This document shows, piece after piece, positions 25,025 through 39,210 of a DNA stretch of 64,000 nucleotides; positions within the stretch are counted from its first letter, which is position 1, and each line of letters starts with the position of its first letter. The DNA is from Octopus sinensis (Eukaryota), in the NCBI RefSeq assembly GCF_006345805.1, contig NC_043003.1, positions 114,266,001 through 114,330,000 of the forward strand. The letters are read 5' to 3'. The position numbers and the translations under genes are program-made. Under the pieces are notes generated by a model, which worked only from the letters and a program-made list of their open reading frames with translations, ran no database searches and was not told the DNA's origin.

Positions 25025-26098
25025 CACACACATGCACTCTTCCTTTCTCTCTTTGTCTCCTACTTACCCCGTTCCATACACACTTATCTCTTTATCTATT
25101 TGTCTATAGAATAATACTCTCCATGGTTTCTAACTCTATTCACTTTTAGTTCCATCTCCGCTGTATCTAAATCGCTATATGTCGATCTTTCATTATGTCT
25201 ATTCAGTGCCTTCATGCCAAAGCTATCTATCACAGCATACATTTCCTTACTTCCTGTTTTTTCCTGTCCATTCCGTATCAAATAATAATCATCTATTGTC
25301 TCCGAAACGTGTTATTAGTTCTACATCTTTATATGACATGTTTCAGTGGCCCCGAGACGGGTAAGGGTAAAGGGGGCAAGCGAAACAATGATAGGTTTTA
25401 CTGCAGTAGAACGCAGCTCAAAATATCTAGTTACTGCGGTTCAAACTCTTGGACCAATGTTAGTTGTTGATATTAAGCAAGACGGCGAATCATGTTCCGT
25501 GCTTCAGAACAGACATATTTGAGAAGATCGGCACAAAGTCTTTCAGTGCAATAACACTCACGAGTACTGAGTCGACATTTGCTCGAAGAAGAATGTAGAA
25601 TCGAACCGGAAGCCAAGTGATTGCGAAATGAACTTAGACATTTGTGCCAATCTATAGCAATTAAATTCGTTTTCAATGGCTTACGTAGTTTCACCTTTGT
25701 CGATAATGGCTCTTTTGGTAGACAAACAGAAGTGGAATGTAGCGAAACAAAGGTCAAAATCCGACTTGTATTCATGTTCCAACATAAAGATAATCATTAA
25801 TGCATAAACACCACAACATCTCACTTGCTTCTCTCAGAGATATAAATTTAATAGACACATTACTCATATATGGCAATTTTCTTTTCCAAATTTATCCCAA
25901 TCTCCATATCTCCACTTTCTACACACACATATATATATATATATATATATCAGACATGCGCGCGCGCGTAAACAGACATACAGACACATACACAAATTTG
26001 TCTCACATGCAGACACACACACACACACACACACATACATAATATACTCGCGATATATACTGACACATATACACATGCACATAAATATATCCTCCACG

Positions 26099-26130
<32 letters not shown>

Positions 26131-26719
26131 TATATATATATATAATATACGGCGACATATACTCATACACAACGCACACACTAACAAACACAAACATACA
26201 CATACACACACAAACACGCACACACACTTATCCTCCAAGCATATATATATATATAATATACCCGTGATATATACTCATACACACACGCACTCACACACAC
26301 ATACACACACACATATGCATAGATACGCATGTATACACGCACGTGCGTTTGTGTGCGTAAAACCGCTCTCAGTCTCTTCACTTTTTGAAACTTTCTCCAT
26401 TGTCCCTCTCTGATAATTACCATTCTCCCATTTTTCAGGAGTCCCTTTTTTTTCCCTATCATTTTTTAAAATTCCCTATCATTCTCAAACTCTGACTTAA
26501 ACCCATATATACATTCCAATTTCAGTCGCAGTTATGTGAACATCACATACACAACATCTAATTTGTTTAGTTTATTTGCTTTCCTACATTATTGTTCAAG
26601 TTGTTGTTGTTGTTGTTGTTATCATAGCCACTCCTCACTTTCACATACGTACGAGAATTGCAATCTCGTAAACTTTGGCCCTGCAGCCATTTTGAAATTA
26701 GCAGCAAAGTAATATACAT

Positions 26720-27600
<881 letters not shown>

Positions 27601-28002
27601 TGCTAATAAGAACAATGACAAGAGTAGCAGCAGCATCAATAAAGAATCGCCAAAGGTTTTGTCCTCTTTTTGTCTCCGCTGAATGAACTGCACCTCCCCC
27701 CATTTCACCTCCTTTACATTTTGTTTTCAAATTCACTGTTTGGTGTTAAGTAACAAAACAACACCAAAAACAATAAGGGCCACAACAACAGCAACACAAA
27801 CAAAATGAATAAAATGTTACGTTTGTGTAAGATGTAGAAATTATTTAAGAATGTGGGATAAAAATAGGACAACGGATAGGGTTATGGTTTTAGTGGGTAG
27901 GGAGCAAGGGGTTTTGCACTTGAATTCATATGTATGTGTGTTTGTGGGAGTTAAAATGGGGGGGGGGCAAATGTAAGCATTTATATTTCTGTGCATATAC
28001 TC

Positions 28003-28405
28003 ATTTACTCTCATTTACTTGTTTCAGTCATTTGACTGTGACCATGCTGGAGCACCGCTTTTAGTCGAAGAGATCGACCCTACAACTTATTCTTTGTAAG
28101 CTTAGTACTTATTCTATCGGTCTCTTTTGCCGAACCGCTAAGTTACAGGGATGTAAACACACTAGCATCGGTTGTTAAGCGATGTTAGTGGGGACAAACA
28201 CTGACACACAAACATACACATACAGATATATACATATATACAACGGGCTTCTTTCAGTTTCGGTCTACCAAATCCACTCACAAGGCTTTGGTCAGCCCGA
28301 GGCTATAGTAGAAGACACTTGCCCAAGGTGCCATGCAGTGGGACTGAACCGAGAATCATGTGGTTCATAAGCAAGCTATTTACCACACAGCCACTCCTAC
28401 GCCTA
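28003..28405 (-). mobile_element. SINE family A, full length
   Basis: Reverse complement of the 4171-4562 family, ending ccacacagccactcctacgcct. Confidence 0.9.
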
Positions 28406-28489
28406 TCTATAACTTTGTATATCTATCTATCTGTCGTTATAGGTAAGCGGGGTTGGCCGAAAACTTCCGGGCTGTAAGGATATCATGAA

Positions 28490-28688
28490 AGGCCCAGCTA
28501 GAGGCGAAGACCTTCCGCGTTCTTTTTCTCATACAGTATTGAGAAACCTGAAGAGCTTAGAAAAACTGAAGGACCGCAGGAATAAGTGGGATTCTGAGAA
28601 GGAAAATATGTTGAATATAAGAAATAATTAATGGATCCTCCTGGATTTTCTTTTTCCCAAAGCCAGGAACTTTTCAGCACCCCTTCGT
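28490..28688 (+). mobile_element. Mariner-like transposon 3' remnant with right TIR
   Basis: Degenerate RWNKC..LRGEYVE*-like C-terminus (aggaataagtgggattctgagaaggaaaatatgttgaat) followed by TIR-like ccaggaacttttcagcaccccttcgt. Confidence 0.5.
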
Positions 28689-28707
28689 TTGTATGTATAT
28701 GTGTCTA

Positions 28708-28739
<32 letters not shown>

Positions 28740-28743
28740 CACA

Positions 28744-28821
<78 letters not shown>

Positions 28822-28891
28822 TGGGGTTGCTATATATATATAATTTGGCTAATTGCAGAAGAACTCTGATTGGACCAGTATTAAGGATGGC

Positions 28892-28953
<62 letters not shown>

Positions 28954-28954
28954 C

Positions 28955-29009
<55 letters not shown>

Positions 29010-29181
29010 TCAATAATAATAATAATAACAATAATGATAAATAATAAATAATAACCGGCATGTTGTTGACCATAGACACACACACACACACACACCAACA
29101 CAAAACTACCGCTCCGCATATATACGCAACAAAGTAAAGTAACATATGCAGGCATACATACATACATAATATATTACACGC

Positions 29182-29212
<31 letters not shown>

Positions 29213-29731
29213 ATATAATATATATATATATATTACCTATATTACCTATAAATTTTTTATGGTTATGTGCATATACCCATCTTACATTATATACATACAT
29301 ACATGCATGCAGCAAATAGCCATGCCAAAGTCTGCTAAACAACGAGAAATATCTTGAAGATACAAACATAGAAATAATAAATAGGTTAAATGTATGTTGA
29401 AGATGTTTAATGAAGGTCAGAAAAGGTTAAATGATGAACGGGGCGATGGATGACTCTCATCATAGAAGGGAAGTATTTAAGCATCAGATTTGTGGAGTGG
29501 CATTGGTCTCAGGAAAAATACCAAAACACTTTTAGTAATGCGTATAACACATATACATAGATATACATGTATGTATTTATATGCATAGAAACACATAGAG
29601 ATTATATGGACGCAAGCATTCATATATATACACATATATACATATATATATATATATACATACATTCATATACATACACACAGACAGATAGACAGACAGA
29701 CGCACACACAGACACACAACACACACACACA

Positions 29732-29836
<105 letters not shown>

Positions 29837-30054
29837 GCATATATACATTGCGAGACTGTTAACCTGGTGGAGAGCTCAATATGCGACTAATACTTCAGAA
29901 CGAAGTGTTAACCAAGTATTAAGCGATAATAAGAAAGAGAGATGAGAAACGGGTAAGTGATTATCTTCTGAACTCTATTAGCCTACAGGTATTTTTAACT
30001 ACCTGAATAACACCTGAGGCTCGGAAAAAGCTATAAGGTATAATTCAGACACTC

Positions 30055-30310
30055 AATTATGGGTCCTCTGCATTTCATACCAGAACCACCCAAACGTTGC
30101 CATCAAGATACAGGACTGGGTACTGCAACAGGTTGGGTTTCTAGGCCCCCACCTCCACCCCAATTCTTCAGTATCTTCCTGAAAATTCTGAGAGATCTAC
30201 ATGGTGTGAAATCAATACTGGATCTTTTCCTGTCAAGAGTACTGGATGAACTTACCTCATCGGAGGTATCGCAGATGAGGGCAGCAACATCAACTTCTTT
30301 CTTCACGTAA
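30055..30310 (+). mobile_element. CR1/L2-group LINE 3' fragment
   Basis: SRYRTGYCNRLGF..PQFFSIFLKILRDLHGV...LDLFLSRVLDE...QMRAATSTS has the same C-terminal pattern as 32875-33200. Confidence 0.6.
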
Positions 30311-30726
30311 TTGCCACATATTTGAAACCTCTTCTAGGAGGTTTCAAATAGCTAAGGTGTATCGAAGCAAAAAGTGGTGCCCCAGCATGTCCGCTGCCTT
30401 CGAGCTGAAACTAGTTAAAGAATTAAAGTATTACACATACATCAAATCTATAAGTACAAAGGCATACAAACAAACACACACTCATAATGTCACACATATA
30501 TATGTAAATACATTGTCATTAACTAATTTAATGACTCATTATGATGATAATTAAACATTATTTTACATTTAATGGATAAATGATTACTCAATGAAATGTT
30601 TCGGCTCTTAAATGTTCAAAGTTTCGAGTGAAAAATTACAAATTAGCCTAATGCCATTATTGGCAGTATCAATAACACCACAAAATGAACGTCACCTGTT
30701 TTTTTTTATACCATTAAAGCAAGAAA

Positions 30727-31150
30727 TGGATCTTTTTGGTTTGAACGGCAGTTTTTAACATAATTTCTAGGTAACTAAAAAGTATTAAACTCCGTATACT
30801 GGTAGAATGTGTTTATAAGACAACTTTTTCTCTTGGCTTTATTGAGAAAATTCTATAGTTTGTAAGATATTTGGGTTTTTTCTGCAATTCAACCAATCAC
30901 TGACGTCCATTGAGGTAAACAACATTCTGTGCCGTATGAATATGTCCCTCGTTTAAGAAACAGATTGGGTTTAATTACATTTGTGAAGAAAAAAAGATAC
31001 CCTTCCCCCACCCCTAACCCTAACCAACCCTAACTAACCCTAACCCTAAAAGAAATTGAAATGCAATAGATCGATTCTAGGGTCATAATTATGGGTGACA
31101 AAGTCATATGACACCGCTAGAAAAACTGCCGTTCAAACCGAAAAGATCCC
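30727..31150. mobile_element. MITE / non-autonomous DNA transposon, copy 1
   Basis: ~30-bp TIRs (GGGATCTTTTCGGTTTGAACGGCAGTTTTT). Flanks are AAGAAA/AAGTAA. It is an inverted homologue of 43225-43637. Confidence 0.85.
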
Positions 31151-31451
31151 AAGTAATTTTTCTTTGAAAAAATGTAAGGCACGCGTTAAAGACGAATTAA
31201 ATCGTATATATCGTAGAGCATGAATAGTTAATGAAATAATCTACATTTCTCAATGCAAAACTTACCTAAACGATGCATTGAGTCGGAAAGTTTGATGATA
31301 ACATTATCAACGTTTATTGTCATCATTCATAATATTCATGGAGCACACATATGTTTTGCATTTGGAATCACTGGGTCGCAACAAGTTTCCGGAGATACGG
31401 AGGACATTTCTTACAATACTTTTCCCCAATTGAGCAGATTTCGGAATTAAT

Positions 31452-32010
31452 ACATATTTCTTTACTACCCACGAGGGACTAAACACAGAGAGGACAAACA
31501 AGGACAGACAAACGGATTAAGTCGATTATATCGATCCCAGTACGTAACTGGTCTTTAATTTATCGACCCCGGAAAGATGAAAGGCAAAGTCGACTTCGGT
31601 GGAATTTGAACTCAGAACGTAGCGGCAGACGAAATACCTATTTCTTTATTACCCACAAGGGGCTAAACATAGAGAGGACAAACAAGGACAGACATAGGAA
31701 TTAAGTCGATTATATCGACCCCAGTGCGTAACTGGTACTTGTTTAATTTTCTTCTGGTCCAGTAACCCATCCCGCTCAAAAGGTCCCTGAATAAGGGTTG
31801 TTTAGGGATGTTGAACAAAACACCCATGTTTCCAGAGGTAAATTATTCAAACCCCATATTATTATTATTATTATTATTAATATTATTATTATAGGATAGA
31901 ATGAAAGTCAAAGTTGACCTCGGCGGAATTTGAACTCACAACGTAACGGCAGACGAAATACCGCTAAGCATTTCGCCCGACGTGCTAACGCGTCTACCAG
32001 CTCGTCGCCT
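31452..32010 (-). mobile_element. SINE family B (dimeric body) interrupted by a ~150-bp nested insertion
   Basis: Head at 31941-32010. 31750-31890 is a piece of the 33381-33828 repeat plus (ATT)n. Confidence 0.8.
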
Positions 32011-32351
32011 TCGGAATTAATACAACCCTCGTAATTACATCATTATGAATAAAGAAGCTGATCAACCTGTTGGTGACGGTACATGGAGCATCTATAAACA
32101 ACTGGAATTGTTTATAATGGAGAAGGAGAAGGCTCCCTTCAAGCAAATTTACTGAAAGGTGACTGATAGTGGCGAGAATAGTTCCTGTGAATGGGTCTGC
32201 TCTGAGAATGCGCTTCTGAGTGGAGTAAGAGAGAGGGGAAGCACTTGCGTAAGTGGTCTCGGAAGCCACGATTTATTGTGGGGTTTGCACGGTTTCCCCT
32301 TGGAAGTCTCCCGCATCCTATTGGGGAATTGTAATTGTTTAATTTTATTCT

Positions 32352-32749
32352 CTCTTTTACTCTCTTTTACTTGTTTCAGTCATTTGACTGCGGCCACGCT
32401 GGAGCACCGCCTTTAGTCGAGCAAATCGACTCCGGGACTTATTCTTTGTAAGCCCAGTACTTATTCTATCGGCCTCTTTTGCCGAACCGCTAAGTGACGG
32501 GGACATAAACATACCAGCAATGCTAGGGGGACAAACACAGACACACAAACATATACACACACATACATATATATATACATATATACGACAGGCTTCTTTC
32601 AGTTTCCGTCTACCAAATCCACTCTCAAGGCATTGGTCGGCCCGGGGCTATAGCAGAAGTCACTTGCCCAAGATGCCACGCAGTGGGACTGAACCCGGAA
32701 CCATGTGGTTGGTTAGCAAGCTACTTACCACACAGCCACTCCTGCGCCT
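32352..32749 (-). mobile_element. SINE family A, full length
   Basis: High identity to the other family A copies. Confidence 0.9.
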
Positions 32750-32764
32750 GTTATTGTTTTATAT

Positions 32765-32860
32765 TTACACGGTAGACCCCTCCTTTTGCACCCTTGTATT
32801 TGCGTCCCTGTGTATTCTATGTAGCCTTATGTGGCCAATAAAGAAAACATGATTATTAAT
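32765..32860 (+). mobile_element. Short 3'-UTR end of the Tx1-like LINE family
   Basis: cccttgtatttgcgtccctgtgt...tgtggccaataaa plus an ATT tail resembles 2745-2830. Confidence 0.45.
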
Positions 32861-32874
32861 TATATTATATATAT

Positions 32875-33200
32875 AAACTTAGATATGTTTCGACCAAAGA
32901 TTGGTCCAGGCCATGTCTAACTTAATAGCACCACCTGATAGGATTATTCGAATCCTGTTTAAGTCAAGTTTTGTTTATGGTCCATTCAAGTAGTGAGTTC
33001 TTGTTGGGTGAGTTGTATCCAATTATGGGTGGCTTGTCTGGTATTCTTTGAAGGAATCTACCCAGACTCCGTTTAAAGTTGATGGGATCCTTTTCCTCTT
33101 TGATCCCTTTCGGGACAATGTTAAATAGGGCAGGGCCTGTTGAGGAAAAGAAATTATGTTGCAGTGTACATGTACGCTGTGATCTTGAATTGGGCAGGGG
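32875..33200 (-). mobile_element. CR1/L2-group LINE 3' end
   Basis: Minus strand reads FFSSTGPALFNIVPKGIKEEKDPINFKRSLGRFLQRIPDKPP...NKNSLLEWT and ends ...tggtcgaaacatatctaag. Confidence 0.65.
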
Positions 33201-33236
33201 ATGTGATCTTGAATAATATTATCAATATTATTATTA

Positions 33237-33296
<60 letters not shown>

Positions 33297-33322
33297 CATT
33301 TTTATTATTATTATTATTATTA

Positions 33323-33354
<32 letters not shown>

Positions 33355-33380
33355 ATTATTATTATTATTATTATTATTAT

Positions 33381-33828
33381 TGAGTGAGAGAGCAGTTCAT
33401 GCCATCAAAGTGACACTGGGGTAAAATATACGAAGCCAATATACCCATCATGACTACCCGTCTGATAAAGGTACACCAGGCACATGCATCACAACCATAT
33501 GTGCGCGACATGGTGATCTCATATCAAGATAAACAGCACATGACCTTGCAGGTGGGGCCCAGTTTGAATTTTCTTCAGGTTGAGTAGCCCATCCCGCTCA
33601 AACGGTCCACGAATAAGGGTTGTTTAAGGATGTTGAAAGAACCACCCATGTTTCCAGAGGTGAACTATTCAAACCCCAAAGCATCCCTCTCAACACTTGG
33701 CTATGATGCTCCCCCACTACTTCTGCTCGTGATCAGAGATGCACATATCGTCAGCCACTAAGGGACTTGCTCAACTGGTTAAGGTCAAACAACTGACAAG
33801 CAAATCTGTGGTATTGAGCAGAATATTT
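33381..33828. repeat. Unclassified interspersed repeat embedded in (ATT)n
   Basis: 33570-33680 is repeated at 31755-31858. ATT tracts flank it on both sides. Confidence 0.6.
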
Positions 33829-33875
33829 TTATTATTATTTATTATTATTATTATATATTATTATCATTATTATCA

Positions 33876-33906
<31 letters not shown>

Positions 33907-33917
33907 CATTATTATCA

Positions 33918-33951
<34 letters not shown>

Positions 33952-33959
33952 CATTATTA

Positions 33960-34006
<47 letters not shown>

Positions 34007-35944
34007 ATTCAAAACAGTTTTGTTCGGCTACATACAACTTAAAATTTTGTAGACTCTTATTGAAACCTATCTTGTTCAGGCTTGTGTGTGTGTGTATGTG
34101 TGTGTGTGCATGTGCGTGTGTGCGTGTGTGCGTATGTATAAAGTATTGCAAATGACTTTAGGATGAGGATTCTTCATTCTTGTCCTATTTACTGCCTCAG
34201 TTTGGTCACCCACGTAAAAACAGGAACCAAATATAAACACCGATGCAACCAACGAAACACCGGAAGCAACGAAAAGAACCAAAAATATGGACAAACTTTG
34301 ACAAGTAAAGAATTATGCTAAACGCTCATCGAATAAATATAGAACGAATTCACAAACTTCCGGCATTACATGAAGCAAGTCTCCTCTTCCTCCCCCTCCG
34401 CCTCCTCTTCCTCCGCCTCCTCCTCCTCCTCCTCCTCCTCCTCATCATCATCATCATTATCACAACCCCCACCCACCCCCATCATCATCATCACGAGCAA
34501 GGAAAGTAATAATGGCAAGATTATCAGAAGAAGAAGAAAAAAAAATTCTTGAAATCCGAAAACGAAATAATATCAATAAAAGAACAATAAATGCAAGAAC
34601 AACAGCAATGCTTATAACTAAACAACAACAACAACAACAACAACAAAAACAACAATAACAACAACAACAATCAGAATAACTTGGACAAAGAATGTCCCAC
34701 CTCCTGCTATTTTATTTTGACACAAATTGCCAAAGAAATAACTGTCTTATCTCGAGATAAAGCGACTGGTTCATCTTAGTTGACATCTATTGGCATGAGG
34801 GTGGTGCGGATGGTAGAGGCCTTACTGATTGTGACAGTGGCAGTAGGGGTTGCAGTGATGGAGATGGTGAAGTTAATAGTTGTGGTGTTATAAGGTGTAG
34901 TTGTGTATTTGGTGATGATTGTATTGGTGAGTTTTAGTGGTGATGGTCATGGTAGTATTAATGCTATTTAGCCCCAGCTCAGCTTTGAATGAACACATTA
35001 TCAAAAACCTTCCAACCGTGATCATCCACTATAACATTATCCAGAACGTGCCTCCTTGTTTTTGAGACAATAATGTTGTGAATTGTAAGAGGCGTTAGGG
35101 TGCCATTTCTTTGCACTCTGAGTTTAAAACCCGTTGCTTAGGTCTTTATCTTGGAAGGGTACTTTTCTGATGGAGATCCCTGGCCTCAATAACCATACGA
35201 TGGAAATAGCATAAGCGATTCGACCAAAATCTTCCTGCCATTTCTAGAAAGACAGCTGACCACATTTGTGGCTTCGATTTATTTTGATGGTTGGCTGAGT
35301 TGGTGGCGCTGATGTTTGTTGTAGCAATGATGGTAATGGTGGTGGTGGTGGTGGTGGTGATGATGATGATGATGGTGGTGGTGGTTTTGTTTTATGTCTT
35401 TTTTTGTTTTTATGTTTGAAATATTTGTATGGTGTGTTCCTTATCAACTACAATAATGAAAGCTTGTCGGGGCGATTCACTGGTCAGAAGATATTTTGTG
35501 TTAAATGTGTTTGGGTCGGTGAGTGAAGCATTGTGTTCCGTGACGGTTCGATGAGCTGGTCATCTGGAGTGGAACGTAGCACGATAAGGGAATAATATGG
35601 GTGGATGTAATCTTTGTCATTCTCATCATCATCGCTGTCATTGGTTAACATCGATATCAGCATCACCATCATCACCGTCATCATCGTCATGATTATCAAT
35701 TATTCGATTTTGGTGATCACGTTACTGATTTTCAGTCATGGCTGAACAATTATTGACTGAGATATTTTCATTTAATGTCCCCCACTCACAGAATATTGGG
35801 TGGATTGTTTTGAGTAGAAAGCAGTAAGGTACCATTTGACTGAGATGTGGCTGCTATTACAAGCAAATTCAGTGATCACATAGTGGCTCGTTGGTCCTCC
35901 CGGGGTGTTATTATCGTTATTGGTCGGACAAAATTTTAGCTTTA

Positions 35945-36273
35945 TCTCTCTAAGTCCACCTTGTTTGTTCCTTCTTGTTCCTTCCCGAAACATTCCTGGC
36001 TCATAAGGGCCGGTTTCCCGGTTTCTTCGCGTATAGGTTCCCCACCTGGACGGGACGCCGGTCCATCGCAGGTGAGCTGCATGATGCAGGAGGAAAGAGG
36101 GAGAGAAAGTTGTGGCGAAAGAGTCAGCAGACATTTCACCATTTCCTTCTCCTGGAGCCGCGTGGAGCATAGGTGTTTTCGCTCATAAACACACACATCG
36201 CCCGGTCTGAGATTCGAACCCGCGATCCTTCGACCGCGGGTCCGCTGCCCTAACAACTAGGCCATGTGCCTCC
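35945..36273 (-). mobile_element. tRNA-Arg-like SINE, family C variant with a different 3' tail
   Basis: Head is homologous to 18000-18108. Its tail (cacctgcgatggaccggcgtcccgtccagg...) is unrelated to the tail of the 17805 copy. Confidence 0.8.
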
Positions 36274-37897
36274 ACGGTGGATACTTCACTGTTACGTTAT
36301 CCCCGTTGACGTCACCACCGCCACCACCAGCACTATCCCTGTCATCGACGTCATCGTTGCTGTTGGTTGTGGAAGATCACGTTTTCACAAATCAAAACTT
36401 AGAAAATATTTTCTTCCAAGATTATTTCATTAAAAAGAAAAACAAAACTTGGTATTATTTAATTGTTGATTTATTTATTTTAGTTCATTTTAGCAACAAA
36501 AGACTTTAGAAGATTTGAACGTTCATCCGCTTATCTAGGATGAATAAAAAGGTTCCTCATTAGACATTTTATGGTGCGAATATATTTGCGAATACTTTGT
36601 TTACTAGTGGTCCAATGCATCCACCGTCGGGCTAGCGGGCGGTAATGTTAGCCATAAAGGTCAGAGCAGGGAATATGCCCTTTTCAATATTTGAAAATTC
36701 AGAATATAAATAAAAATGACAATTAAACGACGAGAGATAATTATAAACACGGACAATGACAATTGTAGAAATACAAAAAAAAAATAATAATAATAATGAA
36801 GATACAAACATAGATGGCAATAATAAAAGCAGTACCAGTTCTAGTAACAAGAACAATCCATCCGTGGCTAATATTGCAAGCCAAGAAGAAACAATAAAAG
36901 TTAAACTGCGTGCAAAGGATAAACTGTGAAAGCTACTTGTTACAAAGGAGAGTGCCTCTTTGCCCGAGGAGAGAGCGAAAAGGAAGATGACATAACTCTC
37001 ATTTCGAAATCGTAAGGCAGAGTTTATATTCCTTAGAAAGAAGTACTGGAAAACCTCGACGATATGTGACATACAACGCGGCGTTCCATCGACGATAGCA
37101 CCACCGACCGGAACTTCATGGACAACCTGTACAGAGACAAAGATAATCGTTTCATCACCACATTCACCGGCATGAGGGGTGGGATGGGGTGTTGGAGAGT
37201 AGTCGGGCGCGGAGAGGCGGTGGAGTTTCCCTCACCACACCACCACAAGATCGATGAGAAGCTAGAAGTAAGAATTCTGCTCCATCGATATACAACGGAT
37301 AGGGGATAAGTGCATGCATACACACACATACATACATTAACACAAATACACACACACACACATACATACATTCATACAAATACACACATACATACATACA
37401 TTCATACAAATACACACACATACATATATACATACATATAAACACACACATATATACATATATATATTCATATAAACACACACATACATATATACATTCA
37501 TATAAACACACACATATACATACATTCATATAAATATACACATAGATACATTCATATAAATACACACACATATGTCTGTGTGTGTGTGTGTGTATGTATA
37601 TACATATACATATAAGCACGCACAAACACACACATTTCGTTTTGCATGTCTTTGTATTGCATTTATAGGCCTCCTCCTCCTCCTCCTCCTCCTCCTTCTT
37701 TTCTTCTCATCATCATCATCTTCATCATCATCGATATGTCATCTCCATCACCACCTCTGCCTCCACCAGCACCATCATCATCGTTTTATTTCTCTCCCCC
37801 CCATCCCCCACCCTACCCCACCCCTCCGAATGTTTTGTTTGTTCTGTTCTTCTGCTGAAATCGCACCGTGCAATTGTCGAATTACAGACAGCCGGGC

Positions 37898-38000
37898 ATG
37901 AATATTTAATTAGATTAACTAAAGAAACAAATGAATATTCATGTGCAAAGAGAAACAGCACTAATAGTCACTTAGCACCCTCATGAATATTCATTGCAAA
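37898..38000. promoter_or_regulatory. Candidate enhancer: cluster of POU MORE-type sites
   Basis: ATGAATATTCAT at 37931-37942 and 37983-37994, ATGAATATTTAAT at 37898-37910, and an octamer-like TTGCAAAT directly after the last site. Confidence 0.45.
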
Positions 38001-38420
38001 TTTCTTATGTCCCGCCACCACCACACCACCACCACCACCACCACCACCACCACCACCACTACTCCTGCTTTGTCTTCTTTCCTTTCACCTTCTTCTTTTC
38101 CTTTTTTATTTATATATTTATTTACTCATTATTTCTTCCCATTCCGTCTTTAAGTCTCAGTTCTTCTCTCTGATTTACATTTATTGTTTTGTCCTTTCCT
38201 TCACTTTTTTTCATTTCACATTCATTTATTTCTTTCGCTATTTCACTCTTTGTTCTAAATTCTCTTATTCTTCCAGTCTGTCCCTCATTTTCCCAAAATC
38301 TCTCTCCCTCTCTCTTTTAATTGTGATCGTTCTGTTTTTCTTTCTTTCTTTCATCTTCTTTCTTGCTTCTTTCTCAAAAGCTTTCTTTCTTCCAAACATT
38401 TTCTTTCATTTTTTCGCTAT

Positions 38421-38814
38421 ACTCTTTTACTCTTTTACTTGTTTCAGTCATTTGACTGCGGCCATGCTGGAGCACCGCCTTTTAGTCGAGCAACTAAACC
38501 CAAGGACTTATTCTTTGTAAGCCCAGTACTTATTCTATCGGTCTCTTTTGTCGAACCGCTAAGTGACGGGGACGTAAACACGCCAGCATCGGTTGTCAAG
38601 CAATGCTAGGGGGACAAACACACACATACATATATATATATACATATATACGACGGGCTTCTTTCAGTTTCCGTCTACCAAATCCACTCACAAGGCATTA
38701 GTCTGTCCGGGGCTATAGTAGAAGACACTTGCCCATGGTGCTACGTAGTGGGACTGAACCCTGAACCATGTGGTTGGTTAGCAAGCTACTTACCACACAG
38801 CCACTCCTGCGCCT
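38421..38814 (-). mobile_element. SINE family A, full length
   Basis: High identity to 32352-32749. Confidence 0.9.
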
Positions 38815-39210
38815 ATATTTCATTTTTTTCATTTTTCGCTCTATCTTTCATTTCTTCGCTCCTTCTATAAATTTTCGTTCTCTTTCATTCATTTTTCTCT
38901 TCTATTTCCATCATCGATTCACTCCTTCCTTCACTCTTTCATTATCCTCTCTTCCTCAGATTCCTTAAGCCTCACCGTTCTCCACGTCTTTTTGCTTATA
39001 AATATTTCTATTTCTTTAAAATTCGTCTCTATTTTCTTTCTTTTCTTCATTTCTCCATATTTATTTCATTCCAATTCACTTTCATTTTAATCAACTGCAC
39101 TTTCTAGAATTTTTCATCTCAGTCTCTCCCTTTCTCTCTCTCTCTCTCTCTTATTACATTCTATCTTTTTTCCTATATATATATATACGTATATATATAT
39201 ATATATATAT

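Noticed and set aside
30250-30333. Minus-strand GAG|GTAAGT donor with an open frame
   Set aside because: It is antisense to a CR1/L2-group LINE 3' fragment and has a poor acceptor.
31012-31048. Interstitial telomere / chromosome fusion scar
   Set aside because: Only a few degenerate CCCTAA units, located inside a MITE.
31175-31185. TAAGGCACGCG, identical to the first 11 nt of miR-124
   Set aside because: It diverges after 11 nt, with no star arm or precursor hairpin. At most it is an antisense seed match outside any known UTR.
36632-37072. 146-aa hydrophobic minus-strand ORF
   Set aside because: It is explained by a pyrimidine-rich, stop-poor strand opposite A-rich sequence, and has no recognisable motif.
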